A stretch of DNA of 64,000 bases from Candidatus Latescibacterota bacterium (GCA_965197905.1 CBDAOB010000005.1:288001-352000); one strand, 5' to 3'. Shown: positions 1-9,530, numbered from the stretch's first letter. The notes: generated from the sequence alone by a model not told the origin. Numbers and translations are program-made.

Positions 1-1
1 G

Positions 2-1225
2 ATCGCGGGCGGGACCCACGTCGCGTTCTCGGCGGACGAACTTGCTCGCGGATTGGATCCCGCACGCACCGAGCTCGTCGTCGAAGGCGTGCTCGTCATC
101 AATCGACCTGGCAGCGGTGAAGTCACGTTGACCTCCGACCGGGACAACCCGGCTCCCGGCGATTGGTACGGAATATATCTGCGACCCGCTGGTAGCCTGT
201 TTGCGTCTTCCACCACGATCGAATTCCCCCTGGTCGGACTGCGTTCGGGAACGCTTGAAGGGGTTCATCAGCTGGAGGAGCTTTCCATACGCTGGGCGGA
301 TCAGGGCATTGGACTGGACGATCTGCAGGGTCAGATGGACCTGTCCGATCTGGACGTGCGTGACTCACGGGGCGCGGGTGTCGTGGTGAACGGTCGCGGT
401 TCGTTGAATCTGCACTCGGCGGCTTTGGTGAACAACGGCGGTGCAGGTCTCGTAAGGTCCGGTGGAGAGTTGGTGTTTACCCGCGGCGAGCTCACCGGAA
501 ACGGTCTTGTCGCGGCCGCGGCTGCCAACATGGATCTGCGGCTCGGCACATTCGGTCGAGTCACCAGTAGCACCTTCCGCGAGGGAATCGGGATGCGATT
601 GTCTGATACCCAGGAGGTGCTCATCCGAGCCAATAGCTTCTCCGATCAGCAAGTGGGGATAACCTCGAGCAACTCGCGGCCGCAGATTCTCAGCAACCGA
701 TTCTCCCGCAACGAGCTCGCCATGGAACTCTCCGGCGACATGGTGCCCGTGAGGCTGGAGCTGAACACCGTTCACGATAGCGATCGGTTGCTGGAAAACA
801 ACGCCGCCGTCGAGGTCGTGGCCACCAACAACTGGTGGGGCACCAGCGACTCACGGTCGATAGCCGGGCGCATTCTGGGTGCGGTCGTGTGGCAGCCGTT
901 CCTGAATTTCGATCCGCGCAATCCGGTGGATTTCGGGCTGGCTCAAAGCTACCCCAATCCGTTCAACGGCAGTGTCGTCATAGAATACACCGTTGGTCTG
1001 GACGATTCCGTGGTGGAAGAGGAAAACGAAGTACTGGTCGAAGTGCGCAACACCGCCGGCGCCCTGGTGCGCCGATTGGTGCGCGAAGCTGCCTTTCCGG
1101 GGGTCTACAGCATCACCTGGGACGGGCGCGATGAGGCGGGAGTTCAGGTCGGCACCGGGGTCTACTATTACTGGTTGCGGATCGGATCGACCGTCGCATT
1201 TCGAAAAATGATGGTTCTGCGCTAA
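2..1225 (+). CDS. Secreted right-handed beta-helix protein with C-terminal FlgD-Ig/T9SS-like domain (5'-truncated by the window edge)
   Basis: Frame open from position 2; parallel beta-helix repeats (PGDWYGIYL, NNWWG); C-terminus QSYPNPFN...LVRRLV...WDGRD...GVYYY...RKMMVLR. Confidence 0.8.
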   Translation: MAGGTHVAFSADELARGLDPARTELVVEGVLVINRPGSGEVTLTSDRDNPAPGDWYGIYLRPAGSLFASSTTIEFPLVGLRSGTLEGVHQLEELSIRWADQGIGLDDLQGQMDLSDLDVRDSRGAGVVVNGRGSLNLHSAALVNNGGAGLVRSGGELVFTRGELTGNGLVAAAAANMDLRLGTFGRVTSSTFREGIGMRLSDTQEVLIRANSFSDQQVGITSSNSRPQILSNRFSRNELAMELSGDMVPVRLELNTVHDSDRLLENNAAVEVVATNNWWGTSDSRSIAGRILGAVVWQPFLNFDPRNPVDFGLAQSYPNPFNGSVVIEYTVGLDDSVVEEENEVLVEVRNTAGALVRRLVREAAFPGVYSITWDGRDEAGVQVGTGVYYYWLRIGSTVAFRKMMVLR

Positions 1226-1446
1226 GTATATTGAAGGAAAGAATTTCCGCTGTCCGCGCCCTTTCCAATTGGGATCGATCGAGACAGCCACCATGGATCG
1301 TGGTGTTCGAAGCAAGCTACCAATATGTAGACATGGCCGGGGGTCGTAGGCGTTCTAGCAAATTCCGCGCGGCGGCAACGTAAGCTTGCTTAACATCCAT
1401 AATTTACTAAAGATTAGGGTGCTCCAACCGATTTAACTACAAGGAA

Positions 1447-1462
1447 TGGCCTTCAATTTGCT
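1447..1462 (+). promoter_or_regulatory. Putative sigma54 (-24/-12) promoter
   Basis: TGGCCTTCAATTTGCT has GG-N10-GC spacing, with an AT-rich tract upstream (~1390-1440) and ATG 1549 about 90 nt downstream. Confidence 0.5.
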
Positions 1463-1548
1463 CAAAACCAGTTTCGGCGAATTCCGGGTGTGGCACCTAC
1501 TCGGCGCCGCGAATTACCCCAGGAAGGAAGCAGTCGAGCACTGAGGAC

Positions 1549-2586
1549 ATGACCATGATAAAGAGAAAACTGGCGCTGATTTCTGTACTACTGCTGTTGG
1601 CCACAGGCAGCCACGCGGGAGAGGGACTGATCACCAAGGTCCGCGGTTCCAACTTGACCGTCGACAAGGGTGCCGAAGACGGGCTCACCGTCGGCATGAA
1701 GGTCATCGTCATTCGACCGCCGACAGAAGCCGTCATTCATCCCGTTACGGGAGAGAATCTGGGAGCGCCCGAGATCAATCTGGGTCCCGGCGAGATCACC
1801 AAAACTTCTGGCAGAGCCTCCAACGTGAATCTGGCACAGCGTCCGCTCATGGGCGTGCGTCCCGGAGACCTGGTGCGTTTCACGACTCCAGAAGAAGAGA
1901 TGATCATGGAGCAGGAGAGCGCCATGGTCAGCAAGGAGAAGGCGCAAGGCGAGCGCCGGGCCCTGCGCGGCAATATCTCCGGCCTCACCAAGAAGATTCA
2001 AGCTACGCAGCGACGTATTAGCGGCTTAGAAGCCATCCTCAAGCGACTCGATCGCACGCAGAACGGATTTATCACCCAGCTTCAGTTGGCCCACAAAGAC
2101 ATCACCCTTATGAAAGAGGATATCGACGACATCAAAGAGTCGATTTCCCTGATGGGCGCCGTGCCGGTGGATGAGATGGGGGAAGCCGGAGCTGCCGGTT
2201 TCGATCTGCAAAACGAAGAGAATCTGACCCAGCTCAAGGATGTGGTTCAGGGTATGATCGACGAGCTGCGGGCCGAAATCCCGGCGCAGGTGATGGAGCC
2301 GGAGGAGGAGATCGATCTAGGCGAGGACGAAGATCTCGATCTGGAAGAAGAGGTAGAGGAAGAGCCTCCGTTCTACACACAGACCTGGTTTTTCGGAATC
2401 ATCGGAGCTATCGGTATTCTCGCGGTTGTTGCATTCCTCTATTTGAAGATGGCAGCGGCCAGCGAGGAAGACGAGGAGGATGAGGAGGACGACGAAGAGG
2501 AAGAGCTCGATGACGAAGAAGACGAGGATGATGAAGACTTTGAGGTCGAAGAAGAAGACGATATCATCGTAGAAGAGACATCGTGA
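1549..2586 (+). CDS. Envelope protein: signal peptide, FlgT-C-like domain, coiled coil, TM helix, very acidic tail
   Basis: VDKGAEDGLTVG...IHPVTGENLG motif; heptad region; TM FFGIIGAIGILAVVAFLYL; D/E-rich C-terminus. Confidence 0.7.
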   Translation: MTMIKRKLALISVLLLLATGSHAGEGLITKVRGSNLTVDKGAEDGLTVGMKVIVIRPPTEAVIHPVTGENLGAPEINLGPGEITKTSGRASNVNLAQRPLMGVRPGDLVRFTTPEEEMIMEQESAMVSKEKAQGERRALRGNISGLTKKIQATQRRISGLEAILKRLDRTQNGFITQLQLAHKDITLMKEDIDDIKESISLMGAVPVDEMGEAGAAGFDLQNEENLTQLKDVVQGMIDELRAEIPAQVMEPEEEIDLGEDEDLDLEEEVEEEPPFYTQTWFFGIIGAIGILAVVAFLYLKMAAASEEDEEDEEDDEEEELDDEEDEDDEDFEVEEEDDIIVEETS

Positions 2587-2633
2587 CCAGAGGAATCAAA
2601 AACGCGTTAGATACGCCGGACCGAGGTGCCGTC

Positions 2634-3431
2634 ATGCTCAAGACTTTTTTTTGGCTTTGTCTGGCCATCGCCCTGTTATGCCAGACCGCCGAGGCGAAGA
2701 TGGCGGACAAGGGAGTCATCATCAGAGTGGTCGAAGGGCTCGTCTACATCGACCAGGGACAACGGGATGGCGTGATGGAGGGAGATCTTTTCGACATCAT
2801 TTCTCACGAGGTGCTCTCCCATCCATTGACCGGCGACACGTTGGCGGTAACCCCCAAAAGCGTTGGAGCTCTACGCGTGCGGCAGGTGCTCCCGAAGATG
2901 TCCATTGCGCAGGTTATGCAGCTCCATTCCGGCTTCGACCCCATGTTGATGGAGATTGCCCGGGTGCAGACTCCCGAGCGGCTTATGGAGATCGAGATGC
3001 TGGCCAAACGCACCATGTTCGCCAACATGGGGATTTCCCGGAGAATGGCGTTTATTCCCGCCCTCTATCAGATGAAGATGGGGGACGAGCGCAAGGGGTG
3101 GACGTTGCTGGCTCTGGATGGTGCCGCCCTGGCCGCGGGCATAGGCTACCGCATGAACAGCAACGACTGGAAGGATCGATACGATCGTCTACCCGCCGGA
3201 ACTGCACAAAGCGATTTCGATTTCTACTTCAACGAAGCGAACGACCGGCGCAAGAGAGGGAATCGATTTCTATGGCTGGCCGGCGCCCTCTACGCCTACA
3301 ATTGGGTGGACGCGCTGTGGATGGGCAATGGGGGCATGAGCTACAAGAAATCTCAGCAACCGATGATTGATCTCGGGCTCGGTTTTGGCCGCGAGGGCAA
3401 CGCGATGCTGCAGCTGTCGAGTCGATTCTGA
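2634..3431 (+). CDS. Exported protein with FlgT-C-like N-domain and C-terminal membrane region
   Basis: VYIDQGQRDGV...LSHPLTGDTL resembles the upstream gene; YAYNWVDA region; ends in F. Confidence 0.65.
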   Translation: MLKTFFWLCLAIALLCQTAEAKMADKGVIIRVVEGLVYIDQGQRDGVMEGDLFDIISHEVLSHPLTGDTLAVTPKSVGALRVRQVLPKMSIAQVMQLHSGFDPMLMEIARVQTPERLMEIEMLAKRTMFANMGISRRMAFIPALYQMKMGDERKGWTLLALDGAALAAGIGYRMNSNDWKDRYDRLPAGTAQSDFDFYFNEANDRRKRGNRFLWLAGALYAYNWVDALWMGNGGMSYKKSQQPMIDLGLGFGREGNAMLQLSSRF

Positions 3432-3441
3432 GCTAACGAAG

Positions 3442-3900
3442 ATGTCGGCTCTCAAACATTTCTCGTTTCTTCTCCTCGGTCTCTGGCTCACCGCGTGCGG
3501 GGAGTTCGATCGCGACAATCCGGTCGATCCCGTCGTCAGCGGCGGGGTGGATCTCAGGGAACTCCTCGTGGGCACCTGGAGTCGGGCAGACACGGAAAAG
3601 AACGAAGTCTACTTCTTTACCGGTGACGGGCGCGTCGAGCTGCGGGACTACACCTCGACTGGAGAGGGGGCCATCGATCGCAACGCATCGTTTCCACCTA
3701 CGAGAGTCCGCAGCTTTACGGGCTCCTATTCCCTGGTGGGGAACGTGCTGCGGATCACTTTCACCCTCGCCCAATCCAGCGATCCCAACGAGCGCCTGAG
3801 TCTCCCATCCAGCGACAAGGTCGTTGAGATATCCATATCGGGCACCCGCCTGGTGCTGAAGGAGCGGGACGGCGACCGCCAGTACGCCCGCATGAGCTGA
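3442..3900 (+). CDS. Lipoprotein, hypothetical
   Basis: Lipobox LTAC followed by DRDNPVDP and LVGTW. Confidence 0.7.
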   Translation: MSALKHFSFLLLGLWLTACGEFDRDNPVDPVVSGGVDLRELLVGTWSRADTEKNEVYFFTGDGRVELRDYTSTGEGAIDRNASFPPTRVRSFTGSYSLVGNVLRITFTLAQSSDPNERLSLPSSDKVVEISISGTRLVLKERDGDRQYARMS

Positions 3901-4009
3901 ATTGCCGCGGGTTCTGCCCGCAGACTCAGCTTCGTTCAACAGCTTGCTCCGAGTACTCCCAACCTTATATTCCTGATCCAACCCCCTTTGCCGGTGAACG
4001 GACCTCTCT

Positions 4010-5806
4010 TTGGGCATAGCCGTCATCGATTTCGGTGGGCAGTACGCCCACCTGATCGCCAACCGCATCCGCCGACTCAAGGTGTTTGCGGAGATACACC
4101 CTCCCACGTCAACCCCAGCTGATCTTGCCGCCGCCGACGGCTTGATTCTGTCGGGCGGCCCCTCCAGCGTCTACGCCCCGGACCAGCCTCGGTACAACCC
4201 CGAAATCCTGCACCTCGAAAAGCCGATTCTGGGTCTGTGCTACGGCCACCAGCTTTTATGCCAGGAGTTCGGCGGGGTCGTCTCTCCGGGGGACACCATG
4301 GAGTTCGGAGCCGCCCATTTGCAGGTGGGGCAAGCGGCCGGTGTGCTCGCTGGATTGGCCGACGAAGAGCCGGTCTGGATGAGTCACCGGGACGCCGTCA
4401 CCGCCCTGCCGACCGACTTCGAAATCCTCGCCAGCACCAGCGACTGCGCGGTGGCGGCGATGGGCGACCTGCAACGCAACATCTACGGCTTGCAGTTTCA
4501 TCCCGAAGTGAGCCACACGGCTTCCGGAATGGAAGTCCTCGACAACTTTCTGGATATATGCGGCAGCCCGCGCGACTGGACCATGGAGCATTACATCAAA
4601 GAGGTGATGGGCCGGATCGAGAAACAATGCGCTGGTCGCAAGGTGTTCCTCCTGGTCAGCGGCGGCGTCGATTCCACCGTCTCATTCCTGTTGTTGAATC
4701 AGGCTCTGGGCGAAGAACGGGTCCTGGGATTACACATCGACAACGGGTTCATGCGCAAGAACGAAACGGCGCTGGTGCGCCGCCTCATGAATGAATCCGG
4801 ATTCCGCAATCTGCAGGTAGTGGAAGCCAGCGCAAGCTTTCTGGATGCCGTAGAGGGTGTCGTCGAGCCGGAGGAGAAACGCCGCCTCATCGGAGCGGAG
4901 TTTCTACACGTTCGCGATCGCGCGTTGCAGGAAATGAAGCTCGATCCGAACGAATGGCTCCTGGGTCAGGGGACCCTCTACACCGACACCATAGAGTCGG
5001 GCGGCACTGAAAACTCGGCGGTCATCAAGACCCATCACAACCGAGTCGACATCATCGAACAGCTGCTGGCCGAAGGCAAGGTGGTCGAGCCGCTGGATCA
5101 GCTCTACAAGGATGAAGTCCGCGAGCTTGGGGAGACACTTGGCTTGCCGCACCACCTCGTCTGGCGCCATCCGTTTCCGGGGCCGGGCCTCGGGGTTCGT
5201 GCCCTTTGCAGCGAGGGCAGCCCGGGAAGCAATGGAATCGCTGACGCAGCGCCGGCCCTGCAGGCGACCGGCGCCCGCTTCGGGCACCTGGAGATCGGAA
5301 TCTTGCCGCTGCAGAGTGTCGGAGTACAGGGAGACTCGCGCACCTACGCGCACCCGGCGGTGATCTCCGGGCGCGCGGATTGGGATCAGCTGGAGGAGCT
5401 ATCCACGGAGCTGACCAACGAGATTCCGCAGATCAACCGGGTAGTGTATCTGCTGGGGCCAGAGGTGCGACCAACACAACGGATAAAACCGGCCTTCTTG
5501 AGTCGCGATCGTCTCGACCTTCTGCGCGAAGCCGATGCCATCGCCATGGATGCTCTCGAACGCCACGGACTCATGACCGAGGTTACCCAGATGCCGACGG
5601 TCCTTGTGCCGCTTTCCTCCAACGGGGTCAACGAGAGCGTGGTGTTGCGACCGATCTCCACCGACGACTTCATGACGGCGCGATTCAGCCATCTTCCGCA
5701 CGCCTTCATCGACGACGTCACCGCTAGGCTATTGGAGCTGGAGGGGATCGAGGCGGTGTTCTACGACGTTACCCACAAACCTCCCGGAACCGTGGAGTGG
5801 GAATAG
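4010..5806 (+). CDS. guaA: GMP synthase (glutamine-hydrolysing)
   Basis: DFGGQY, PILGLCYGHQ, QFHPEV, SGGVDS, IKTHHN, HPFPGPGL, KPPGTVEWE. Confidence 0.97.
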   Translation: MGIAVIDFGGQYAHLIANRIRRLKVFAEIHPPTSTPADLAAADGLILSGGPSSVYAPDQPRYNPEILHLEKPILGLCYGHQLLCQEFGGVVSPGDTMEFGAAHLQVGQAAGVLAGLADEEPVWMSHRDAVTALPTDFEILASTSDCAVAAMGDLQRNIYGLQFHPEVSHTASGMEVLDNFLDICGSPRDWTMEHYIKEVMGRIEKQCAGRKVFLLVSGGVDSTVSFLLLNQALGEERVLGLHIDNGFMRKNETALVRRLMNESGFRNLQVVEASASFLDAVEGVVEPEEKRRLIGAEFLHVRDRALQEMKLDPNEWLLGQGTLYTDTIESGGTENSAVIKTHHNRVDIIEQLLAEGKVVEPLDQLYKDEVRELGETLGLPHHLVWRHPFPGPGLGVRALCSEGSPGSNGIADAAPALQATGARFGHLEIGILPLQSVGVQGDSRTYAHPAVISGRADWDQLEELSTELTNEIPQINRVVYLLGPEVRPTQRIKPAFLSRDRLDLLREADAIAMDALERHGLMTEVTQMPTVLVPLSSNGVNESVVLRPISTDDFMTARFSHLPHAFIDDVTARLLELEGIEAVFYDVTHKPPGTVEWE

Positions 5807-5807
5807 A

Positions 5808-7052
5808 TCACCTGATCAAGGTGTATTTGCTCTTGCCGCGGCGGATGACCAGAAACTTGCCGTGCAAGCCGTCTGCCTTGCGCAACGCTCGATCCAGCTC
5901 GGTGCACCGCTCTCCATTCACGTAGATCGCGCCATTCTTGATGTCCTCCCGCGCTTGCCGTTTGGAGGACGACACCTTCGACGTTACCAGTAAATCCACC
6001 AGATTCAATTCTTCTTCCACCATCGAGTGCGACGGGACATCGTTGAAACCCTCCTCGATCTCTGCTTCTGCAAGCTCCTGAAGGTTCCCGTAGAACAGGG
6101 CCTGGGAGATCTTCTCGGCGGTCTTGGCTGCGTCTTTACCGTGCACCGTCTCGGTCACCTCGGCGGCCAAGCGGCGCTGCGCTTCCCGCTTTTCCGGTTG
6201 GGAACGAGTAACGTCCTCGATCTTGCCGATCTCCTTCCGGCCCAGGAAGGTGAACATACGCAGGTAGTTCAGGGCGCTGTTGTCATCGCTATTGACCCAG
6301 AACTGGTAGAATTGGTACGGGGAGGTTTTCCCGGCGTCCATCCACACCGCACCGCGCTCACTCTTACCGAACTTGCCGCCATCCGCTTTGGTCACCAGCG
6401 GGTTCGTAAGACCGAACGCCTTCTTGGAGGTAGCGCGGCGAATCAGATCGGAACCCGCTGTGATATTGCCCCACTGGTCCGACCCGCCGATCTGCAGCTC
6501 GCACTGGTGATCCTGCAGCAGGCGGAGGAAGTCGTAGGCCTGCAAGGTCATGTAACTGAACTCGGTGTAGGAGATTCCGGCGGCAAGGCGAGAGGCGACC
6601 GAATCCTTGGCCAGCATGTACGGAATCGGGAAGTGCTTGCCCACATCGCGAAAGAAATCGATCGCCTTTATCTCTCCCAGCCAGTCGTGATTGTTGACCA
6701 CCTTAGCCGGATTCGTCGCGACCTCGAAGTCCAGAATCGGCTCCACCTGCCGGCGAATCCTCTCCGTCCAGGCGGCGACCGTCTCGGCCGTGTTGAGACC
6801 GCGCTCTTCCGAGCGGCCGCTGGGATCGCCGATCAGTCCGGTGCCCCCGCCCACCAGCGCGATGGGGGAGTGGCCGGCCAGCTGGAAACGGCGCAAGACC
6901 AAAATCGGCAGCAGGTTGCCAATGGTGAGACTGTCGGCCGTAGGATCGAATCCGCTGTAGAGCGTGATCGGTCCCGACTTCAAGCGCTCCGGCAATCCAT
7001 CTGTGGACTGGTACAGCAACCCCCGCCATTGTAGATCTTCTAGAATGTCCAT
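5808..7052 (-). CDS. tyrS: Tyrosine--tRNA ligase
   Basis: YSGFDPTADSL, GGSDQWGNI, KFGKS, C-terminal S4 domain (RRGK). Confidence 0.97.
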   Translation of the reverse strand: MDILEDLQWRGLLYQSTDGLPERLKSGPITLYSGFDPTADSLTIGNLLPILVLRRFQLAGHSPIALVGGGTGLIGDPSGRSEERGLNTAETVAAWTERIRRQVEPILDFEVATNPAKVVNNHDWLGEIKAIDFFRDVGKHFPIPYMLAKDSVASRLAAGISYTEFSYMTLQAYDFLRLLQDHQCELQIGGSDQWGNITAGSDLIRRATSKKAFGLTNPLVTKADGGKFGKSERGAVWMDAGKTSPYQFYQFWVNSDDNSALNYLRMFTFLGRKEIGKIEDVTRSQPEKREAQRRLAAEVTETVHGKDAAKTAEKISQALFYGNLQELAEAEIEEGFNDVPSHSMVEEELNLVDLLVTSKVSSSKRQAREDIKNGAIYVNGERCTELDRALRKADGLHGKFLVIRRGKSKYTLIR

Positions 7053-7071
7053 AGTGCTCTCCGTTTAGAAC

Positions 7072-7099
7072 AAAAAAAACCCCCGAGAATCGGGGGTTT
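7072..7099 (-). terminator. Intrinsic terminator (attenuator) just upstream of tyrS
   Basis: Minus strand AAACCCCCGA-TTC-TCGGGGG followed by T8, ending 20 nt before the tyrS ATG. Confidence 0.85.
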
Positions 7100-7130
7100 G
7101 CACAGATCGTCGCGAAACACGTCGGTGATA

Positions 7131-7187
7131 TTATCCCCCGTACTGTTTTTCAAGACGATAATAATAGGATTTCAGCGTCATATTCAT
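7131..7187 (-). CDS. Tyr-rich leader peptide MNMTLKSYYYRLEKQYGG (putative tyrS attenuator peptide)
   Basis: ATG AAT ATG ACG CTG AAA TCC TAT TAT TAT CGT CTT GAA AAA CAG TAC GGG GGA TAA; lies between the promoter and the terminator. Confidence 0.8.
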   Translation of the reverse strand: MNMTLKSYYYRLEKQYGG

Positions 7188-7207
7188 TTGCCCGTGGATT
7201 CAATCGG

Positions 7208-7236
7208 AATATAGGGGGCCACGAGACGAACGGCAA
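7208..7236 (-). promoter_or_regulatory. sigma70-type promoter for leader-tyrS
   Basis: TTGCCG-N17-TATATT on the minus strand. Confidence 0.65.
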
Positions 7237-7260
7237 CCCTGTCCTGGCCGTTCGTCGCTC

Positions 7261-8052
7261 CTATACCATGTCGGTTTCCTCGTTGCCCTTGAACAGGGTG
7301 AAGGTACCACCCTGCGGATCGGACACGACCGCGAAGCGGCCCACAGGGATGTCGGTCGCCGGCACACAAACCTTGCCGCCAAGCTCGGTCACCTTCGCGG
7401 CCCCGCCGTCGACGTCGTCGCAGCCGATATAGACCATCCAGTGCGCCGGGACCTCCGCCGGAAAGTCATCGCCCATGGCGAAAATGCCACCGTTGCCGCG
7501 GTCGCCCACTTTGCCGATGTAATAGGTGCCCATCTCGCCCAGGTCCATCTCTTCGTAGGTCCAGCCCAACAGGTCGCCGTAGAAAGCGCAGGCTTTCTCC
7601 TGGTCGCGGGTTGCCAGCTCGTTCCAGGTCAGCGCGCCATGCTCGTTGAAGACAGTGGCTCCAGTGTGTTCCTTCGGTTGCCACAGGGAAACCACCGCCC
7701 CGGTGGGGTCCTGGATAATGCTCATGCGTCCCGCGTCCATCACGTCCATGACTGGCATTATCACCGTGCCGCCCAATTCGGAGGCGCGCGCGGTTGTAGC
7801 GTCGGCAACCTCGACCAGGATGTAGGAATTCCACACCGGCGGCATCCCGGATTGCTCGGGGTTCTGAGCGCCCATGCCGGCGACATCAACGTCGCCTTTG
7901 GAGAACATGGTATAGAAACCGTACTCGCCGGCGGGCTTGTCCTCGTGGGTCCAGCCAAAGAGGGAGCCGTAGAATGTCTTTGCGGACTCCACGTCCGGAG
8001 TCATGAGATCGCACCAGCAAAACATCGTGGGTTTCAGCTCGACAGCGGGCAT
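7261..8052 (-). CDS. VOC/glyoxalase family protein (two-domain, CFP32-like)
   Basis: FCWCDLMTPD...FYGSLFGW and WNELATRD...FYGDLLGW; DPTGA/DPQGG. Confidence 0.9.
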   Translation of the reverse strand: MPAVELKPTMFCWCDLMTPDVESAKTFYGSLFGWTHEDKPAGEYGFYTMFSKGDVDVAGMGAQNPEQSGMPPVWNSYILVEVADATTARASELGGTVIMPVMDVMDAGRMSIIQDPTGAVVSLWQPKEHTGATVFNEHGALTWNELATRDQEKACAFYGDLLGWTYEEMDLGEMGTYYIGKVGDRGNGGIFAMGDDFPAEVPAHWMVYIGCDDVDGGAAKVTELGGKVCVPATDIPVGRFAVVSDPQGGTFTLFKGNEETDMV

Positions 8053-8219
8053 CTGGTCGTTCCTTTCTTGAGGGCGAGGGCGTCAATATGGAGGTAGGAT
8101 GAGAGATCGATGCAACCGAGTCAAGAAAGATTTCGCGGTAGTTTTGGGGGGGGTTCTTGCTGAGTGGGGGAGATGGAGTCTTGTTGCGTTCTGGGAGGTC
8201 TGTTCTATTTTCGGAGCCA

Positions 8220-8296
8220 GGGCGATTAGCTCAGCTGGTCAGAGCACCTGCCTTACAAGCAGGGGGTCGCTGGTTCGAGCCCGGCATCGCCCACCA
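8220..8296 (+). tRNA. tRNA-Val(TAC)
   Basis: GGGCGAT acceptor stem pairing with ATCGCCC-ACCA; anticodon arm CCTGC-CTTACAA-GCAGG; GGTTCGAG T-loop. Confidence 0.97.
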
Positions 8297-8299
8297 TCC

Positions 8300-8336
8300 A
8301 AAAAAGCCTTCGGAGCACTCCTCCGAGGGCTTTTCT
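8300..8336 (+). terminator. Hairpin terminator after the tRNA
   Basis: AAAAGCCTTCGGAG-cactc-CTCCGAGGGCTTTT. Confidence 0.75.
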
Positions 8337-8363
8337 ATAATGACTCGGTGTGACGGTTGCCTA

Positions 8364-8395
8364 TTGACTCCGTACCATAGTGCAGGGTCTATATT
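8364..8395 (+). promoter_or_regulatory. MerR-type operator/promoter with long spacer
   Basis: TTGACT-N20-TATATT; begins TTGACTCCGTAC like mer operators; imperfect dyad ACTCCGTAC/GTGCAGGGT. Confidence 0.75.
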
Positions 8396-8413
8396 CAGTT
8401 TGGAGGATGAAAA

Positions 8414-9514
8414 TTGAACCAGATCACGATAGGTCAACTGGCCAAAAAGGCCGGCGTAAAGGTTGAAACAGTGCGCCACTATGAACGCCGAAATCTGATA
8501 TCCGAGCCCCCACGGAGCGATTCTGGATACCGCCAGTACAGATCCAAGGATGTACAACGAATTCGGTTCATCAAACGAGCGCAACGACTGGGATTCACGT
8601 TGCGTGAAATCGAGGAACTCCTGCAGTTGAGAGTAGATCCAGACACAACGTGCGCTGATGTGAAGACCGAGGCCGAAGCAAAAATCGAAGACATTCGCCA
8701 AAGAATTCGCTCTCTGCAGAAAATGAAGCGCGTACTTACAGAATTGACAGTGTCGTGCGACAGTCGTGCGCCAACGAATAACTGCCCGATTCTGGAATCT
8801 CTGGCTAAAGTCGATTTCATATATGATGACGATTGTCCGAACGTGACCGCTGCCCGACAAAATCTCGAGCGCGCGTTTGAGCGGACGGGTCGGAAGCCAG
8901 TTTGGCGTGAATGGCGGCGTGCCGAGAGTTCCGAGGATTTCCAGCATTACGGATCCCCGACGATACTTGTCGACGGCGTCGATGTTGGCGCAAATGGTGC
9001 GGTCAAGGCAGGTGAGTCGTGCCGCCTTTACCACGACAACGCCGGCAATCTTTCTGGTGTGCCGTCCGTGGAGTCAATTGCATCGAAGTTGCAGAGCGAT
9101 GAGGGGCACAGCTTACAACCGAGAGATCGCTGGAGCCGGATGTGGGCGGTGGCCCCAGCAATCGCGACCTCACTGTTACCCAAACTAACCTGTCCGGCCT
9201 GCTGGCCTGCATATGCCGGGGTTCTGAGCACGCTGGGATTGGGGTTTGTGGACTATACGCCTTATCTGATGCCGCTGACGATTGCGTTTCTTTTGATCGC
9301 GCTAGGGTCCTTGGGCCGAAGCGCATACAGAGAGGGCGACTACAAGCCTCTTTTCCTCGGGATTTTAGGGGCTCTGTTCGTTTTGGTCGGGAAGTTTGAG
9401 CTTGATATGGAGGCGGCGATGTACGGCGGCATAGCTTTACTGATGGCCGCATTTGTCTGGACCTCCTGGCCAAAGCAAAACCATGACTGTGCGCAGCATG
9501 CGAGCCAAACATAG
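8414..9514 (+). CDS. MerR regulator fused to a thioredoxin-like domain and a MerC/MerT-type membrane domain
   Basis: MerR HTH (TIGQLAK...VETVRHYE...GYRQY) with three Cys (TTC, SC, CPIL); YDDDCPNV...GSPTILVDG...SCRLY; LPKLTCPACWPAY plus about 4 TM helices. Confidence 0.85.
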   Translation: MNQITIGQLAKKAGVKVETVRHYERRNLISEPPRSDSGYRQYRSKDVQRIRFIKRAQRLGFTLREIEELLQLRVDPDTTCADVKTEAEAKIEDIRQRIRSLQKMKRVLTELTVSCDSRAPTNNCPILESLAKVDFIYDDDCPNVTAARQNLERAFERTGRKPVWREWRRAESSEDFQHYGSPTILVDGVDVGANGAVKAGESCRLYHDNAGNLSGVPSVESIASKLQSDEGHSLQPRDRWSRMWAVAPAIATSLLPKLTCPACWPAYAGVLSTLGLGFVDYTPYLMPLTIAFLLIALGSLGRSAYREGDYKPLFLGILGALFVLVGKFELDMEAAMYGGIALLMAAFVWTSWPKQNHDCAQHASQT

Positions 9515-9530
9515 GAGAGCATGAAAATGA

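Noticed and set aside
2461..2580. GAR/GAC low-complexity repeat
   Set aside because: It simply encodes the acidic protein tail.
6027..7034. Long antisense or alternate-frame ORFs (also 12129..13097, 56480..57391, 58701..59699, 60679..61584)
   Set aside because: Shadow ORFs of well-supported genes in GC-rich DNA.
7053..7260. T-box riboswitch upstream of tyrS
   Set aside because: No UGGNACC T-box bulge seen, and the leader is short; the leader-peptide model explains the layout.
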